NCBI GenBank assembly: GCA_043228905.1
Contig: JBHGNT010000016.1
Location: forward strand, 13,454,001 to 13,518,000
DNA length: 64,000 bases
Source of the DNA: Azolla caroliniana
Taxonomy: Eukaryota; Plantae; Polypodiophyta
Direction: 5' to 3'
How positions within the stretch are numbered: position 1 is the stretch's first letter; the number at the start of each line of letters is the position of its first letter. A program made the position numbers and the translations under genes. Positions 60,456 through 64,000 of the stretch are shown one piece after another. The notes under the pieces were generated by a model that was given only the letters and a program-made list of their open reading frames with translations, had not been told where the DNA came from and did no database searches.

Positions 60456-63400
60456 TGTTGTCGATCAGAATCGTAACCGACGGACAAAAGCATAGAAATA
60501 TTATAATATAGTAAAGCGTTAAGAAATGAATGTAACGGCTCACGTAGGAAGTGTGAACGGCTAAAAAGCCTGTGTATATAAAGGACAAAAATCCTCTGTA
60601 AGAGGTAGCGTGTAATTTTGGAGTATAGAGCATTTTTCTAATAGAATACTATCTTCTGTGCATATCTGTGGCGTTCTCTGTTGTGTACTGTTAATCGTAA
60701 GGGTGTAGGCATAAGTGCGGATACTAGTGCACTTCCTAAGGAGTTCGGTTGTAGCCGTCTCCCTTATATGCTACTAGAATATGAGGGAGTATCCCATTAC
60801 GATTTATGGTACGAAGGTTCTATTCATTGTAACACGGTTACCTTGAGGTCTACCTCAAAGGACTGAGTGTAGACAGTGTTCCTAATTAGTAACACATTTG
60901 GCACACCTAGTGATTTGTGATTTCTCACAGACGAACAACAAGGGATGGATATCTAGCCGTAGATGGCCTAGAGAACCGACCCAACAAGACCGACCACTCA
61001 CGAGGTCCATCACACACCAGACAGAGGAGTGCGCAAGGCAAAAACCTCGCCTCAGTGATATCTGTCCGGACCACAAAGTCCACTGCACGCTTACCCAACA
61101 TCGCGACGTCAAGTAAGAAGTTTTGTCACCACACGAGTACCGTGATCTTTCCCTGCCCACCATCGCATCCGGAATGGCCTTCTCCTACCCACACTTTAAT
61201 GGCGAAACAGATTCCACAAGCCACATCGGGCTATTCCTGAACGTTTGGAACGGGAATCACATGGCACAATGATTTCTAGAAGAGGAAGCGCACCAGTAAA
61301 AAATGACAGAGTTTGGTTTAACTCTGGATGGTAGAGCCGCGTTTTGGCATTCACATATGGATCTACTGGCAATCCACACCTTCAACCAATTGCAGTCAAT
61401 ATTTTTGCGATTTTTTCATTGGAGGTTACCTCAATGGGAAATCATCGGGCAGTTCTACACAATCAAACAACTAACAGTAGAATTGGTCACGGACATTAGT
61501 TTGCTCTTCCAAAATCTACGACGGAAATTAGGACGGGCCCCTGACAGATGATGAGGCTAGGGAGACGTTTTTGGCAGCCCTGCGACGGCCTATCAGGACA
61601 ACGCTCAACACACGTAGTCTGAAAGGGGAAACAACCGACATGGTCATCAAGTGAGCATTACAGCTTGAGTTGCACGAAGAGAAGGATTTTCTCTGTCCTG
61701 ATTACGAAAGGCGTTGCCTTAGGACGAGGAACGCCACTTTCGTCAGGCTATTCAGTGCACGATTTGCCTCAATTCCAGGCATTCCGCAGTGCAATGCAAT
61801 ATGCGAAGTCACTGCCCAATTTGTCACTCAAAGGCACACACGGTCGAGCAATGTGAGTACAATATGATGAATAGACCTACGCCCATAGTACAACACATAG
61901 AACCACAACGACCACCTTGCCGAAATGATCCAAGGCGCCAAGAGAAACGACCCCGATATACAGATCGAAATCCACGCAATGACCGGCACTACCGTAATCA
62001 CTGGAATAACAACGATTCCAATGAAGAGGAGCCGGAGGACGAAGAATATTGGGGCAACCACCAGTATAATAAAGGAGGGCGTCGTTACGACAACCACCAT
62101 TCGACGAACAGGCGTGGTGGAGTCAATGGGCCTCGCCTACAAGGAAAGCATCGAGAGTATAGGGACCAACGGCGTTACGAGGAAAGTTCTGATGATGACT
62201 GGCGCCAGGAGTCACGCAGGGACCAACTGCAAACTCCCTGGAATTCCAGGAGAATGCAACAAGACCAGGAGGAGCCAACGACGCTTGGGGATAGGAATCC
62301 ACCGCCAGCTGCAAAGAAAGGAGAGTCCAGCGTACATTTTTTTGTCTACCAACAACCCAGACATTATGCAACTCAATGTTCACTGTGTAAGGACAAAGGC
62401 CAAACCGTAAATACGATAATGGTGGAAGTTCAACAGGTTACGACACGACAACAAACAAAGAATGTTGACTGGGCTGCAAAAGATGAGGTACGCAAAGCGG
62501 CCCAAGCATGGGTGGAAAAAGCAAATGTGACAAATACGTCGCGTATGCGGTAGGAGTCTACAACCAATGTTGGGTCAATAGAAGAAAACATAATATCCCT
62601 GGACCCCATATGGCAAGCACTGGCAGGCTGCGAAATAACCATGACTATGGAAAAACTCCTTCAACTAGTTCCACGATTTCAGTAGGCCGTAGAAACTAGC
62701 CTCAGACCAACAATGGTGGATCACCACAATCCAGCCATTAAGCTAGTACTACACGGGCAGGAAATAACGGGCTGTATAATCGACGGGGCCTCGGGCGTTA
62801 ATGTGATTACTGCAAAGACGTGTGAATAGTTAGGAATTTTGAGATGGGAAGCTTGCCCCTTTTGGCTTCGCCTGGCGGATACCCGATTTGTCAGGCCCTT
62901 AGGGTTAATCCGGAAACTATGCATCATCATTGGCGGTCACCGCTTTGACATCTCGGCGGTAGTACTCGCACTCGACACTCCGGGAGTGTACCCAATACTA
63001 CTTGGTAGACCTTGGCTTTGCTCGGTGAACATCAAACAAAGCTGGCAACATAATTGTATCAGTTTCCGATGAGGACGCATCAAAGTTCGCGTACCTATAG
63101 AAGAAATGACAATGCAACCCAAAGGAATGACACCATTGTACATGGAGGACATAAATATGATGGAAGGAGTGGATGATACAGAGCTGGAAGCGTACCTAGA
63201 TGAGCACCCGGGAATCATCCTGCTATTCAAAATTGACATAATAGAAACCGCGGTGGAGTACGCTACTCCCACTACACTTCACGAAGAGGCTTATGAACCG
63301 AACCCAAAGTTGATACTAGAATTAAACCGAGCATGGGCCGCATTCGAGAAAGATATGGAAATTTCACGACAAGTCATTGCCTCATCGTTGGAAGAAGTTA

Positions 63401-64000
63401 ACGTAGGAACAACAACAGATCCCCGATTACTCTCCATCGCAAAAGACTTACTACTGGATTAGAAAGAGGTGATGTTAGCTCTGCTCAAGGAATATAAAGA
63501 TGTGTTCGCGTGGTCCCACGAAGACATGAAGGGATTAGATCCAAAATTCTACCAGCATAAGATCAATTTAGCTATCGACACGAAACTTGTTCAGCAGCGT
63601 CGATACCGAATGAATCCGAATTACGCAGCTCGCGTAAAAGAAGAAATTGACAAACTTCTCAATGCTAGATTCATTCGACCAGTCAAGCAAGCTATGGGGC
63701 TGAGCTCGATAGTTGTAGTTCCGAAGAAAAATGGAAAAATCCGCGTTTGCGTAGACCATCGGATATTGAACGTCGTAACTATTACAGATGCGTTTCCCTT
63801 ACCTTACACCGACAGCATATTAGACGCAGTCGTAGGGCATGACATGTACAATTTTTTAGAAGGCTTTAGTGGATACATTCAAGTATGCATGCATCCTGAC
63901 GACCAAGAGAAGACGATGTTTGTCACAGACTGGGGAGTTTATGTCACGGTAGTCATGATGTTCGGGTTAAAGACGACGCTTGCTACATTCCAACTGACAA
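60456..64000 (+). mobile_element. Ty3/Gypsy non-chromovirus L (Athila/Tat-like), 5' part: LTR 60456-60894, Arg-like PBS 60899-60912, degenerate gag-PR-RT
   Basis: CPICHSKAHTVEQC, IIDGASGVN, LLGRPWL, DVFAWSHEDMKG, RVCVDHRILN, FSGYIQ, MFGLK. Confidence 0.87.

Overview
Gene-poor plant nuclear DNA, almost entirely a nest of retroelements. The Tcn1-like chromoviruses and tRNA-Trp-primed Gypsy suggest a non-seed plant (inference). Copia: A 1404-6934 (young, LTRs almost identical), C 9099-14536, J ~22810-42315, G 47494-55310, H 55779-~56990, I ~56990-60455. Gypsy: tRNA-Trp-primed family (B 383-8910, LTR B' 1-382, B'' 44412-47493, non-autonomous E 27362-32828), two chromoviruses (D 16011-21188, F 34517-40181), two tRNA-Arg-primed non-chromoviruses (K 23469-40634, rearranged; L 60456-end). 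Also two pieces of an RTE-like LINE, an S-domain receptor-kinase pseudogene and a host gene fragment. No intact host gene is seen. Main unusual signals: an antisense tRNA-like A-box/B-box cassette in the U3 of two unrelated Gypsy lineages; CCGT target sites for all three Trp-family insertions with a visible flank; self-priming and -1 frameshift signals in D/F; an ~820-bp inverted repeat directly behind K's LTR. All alignments were done by eye.
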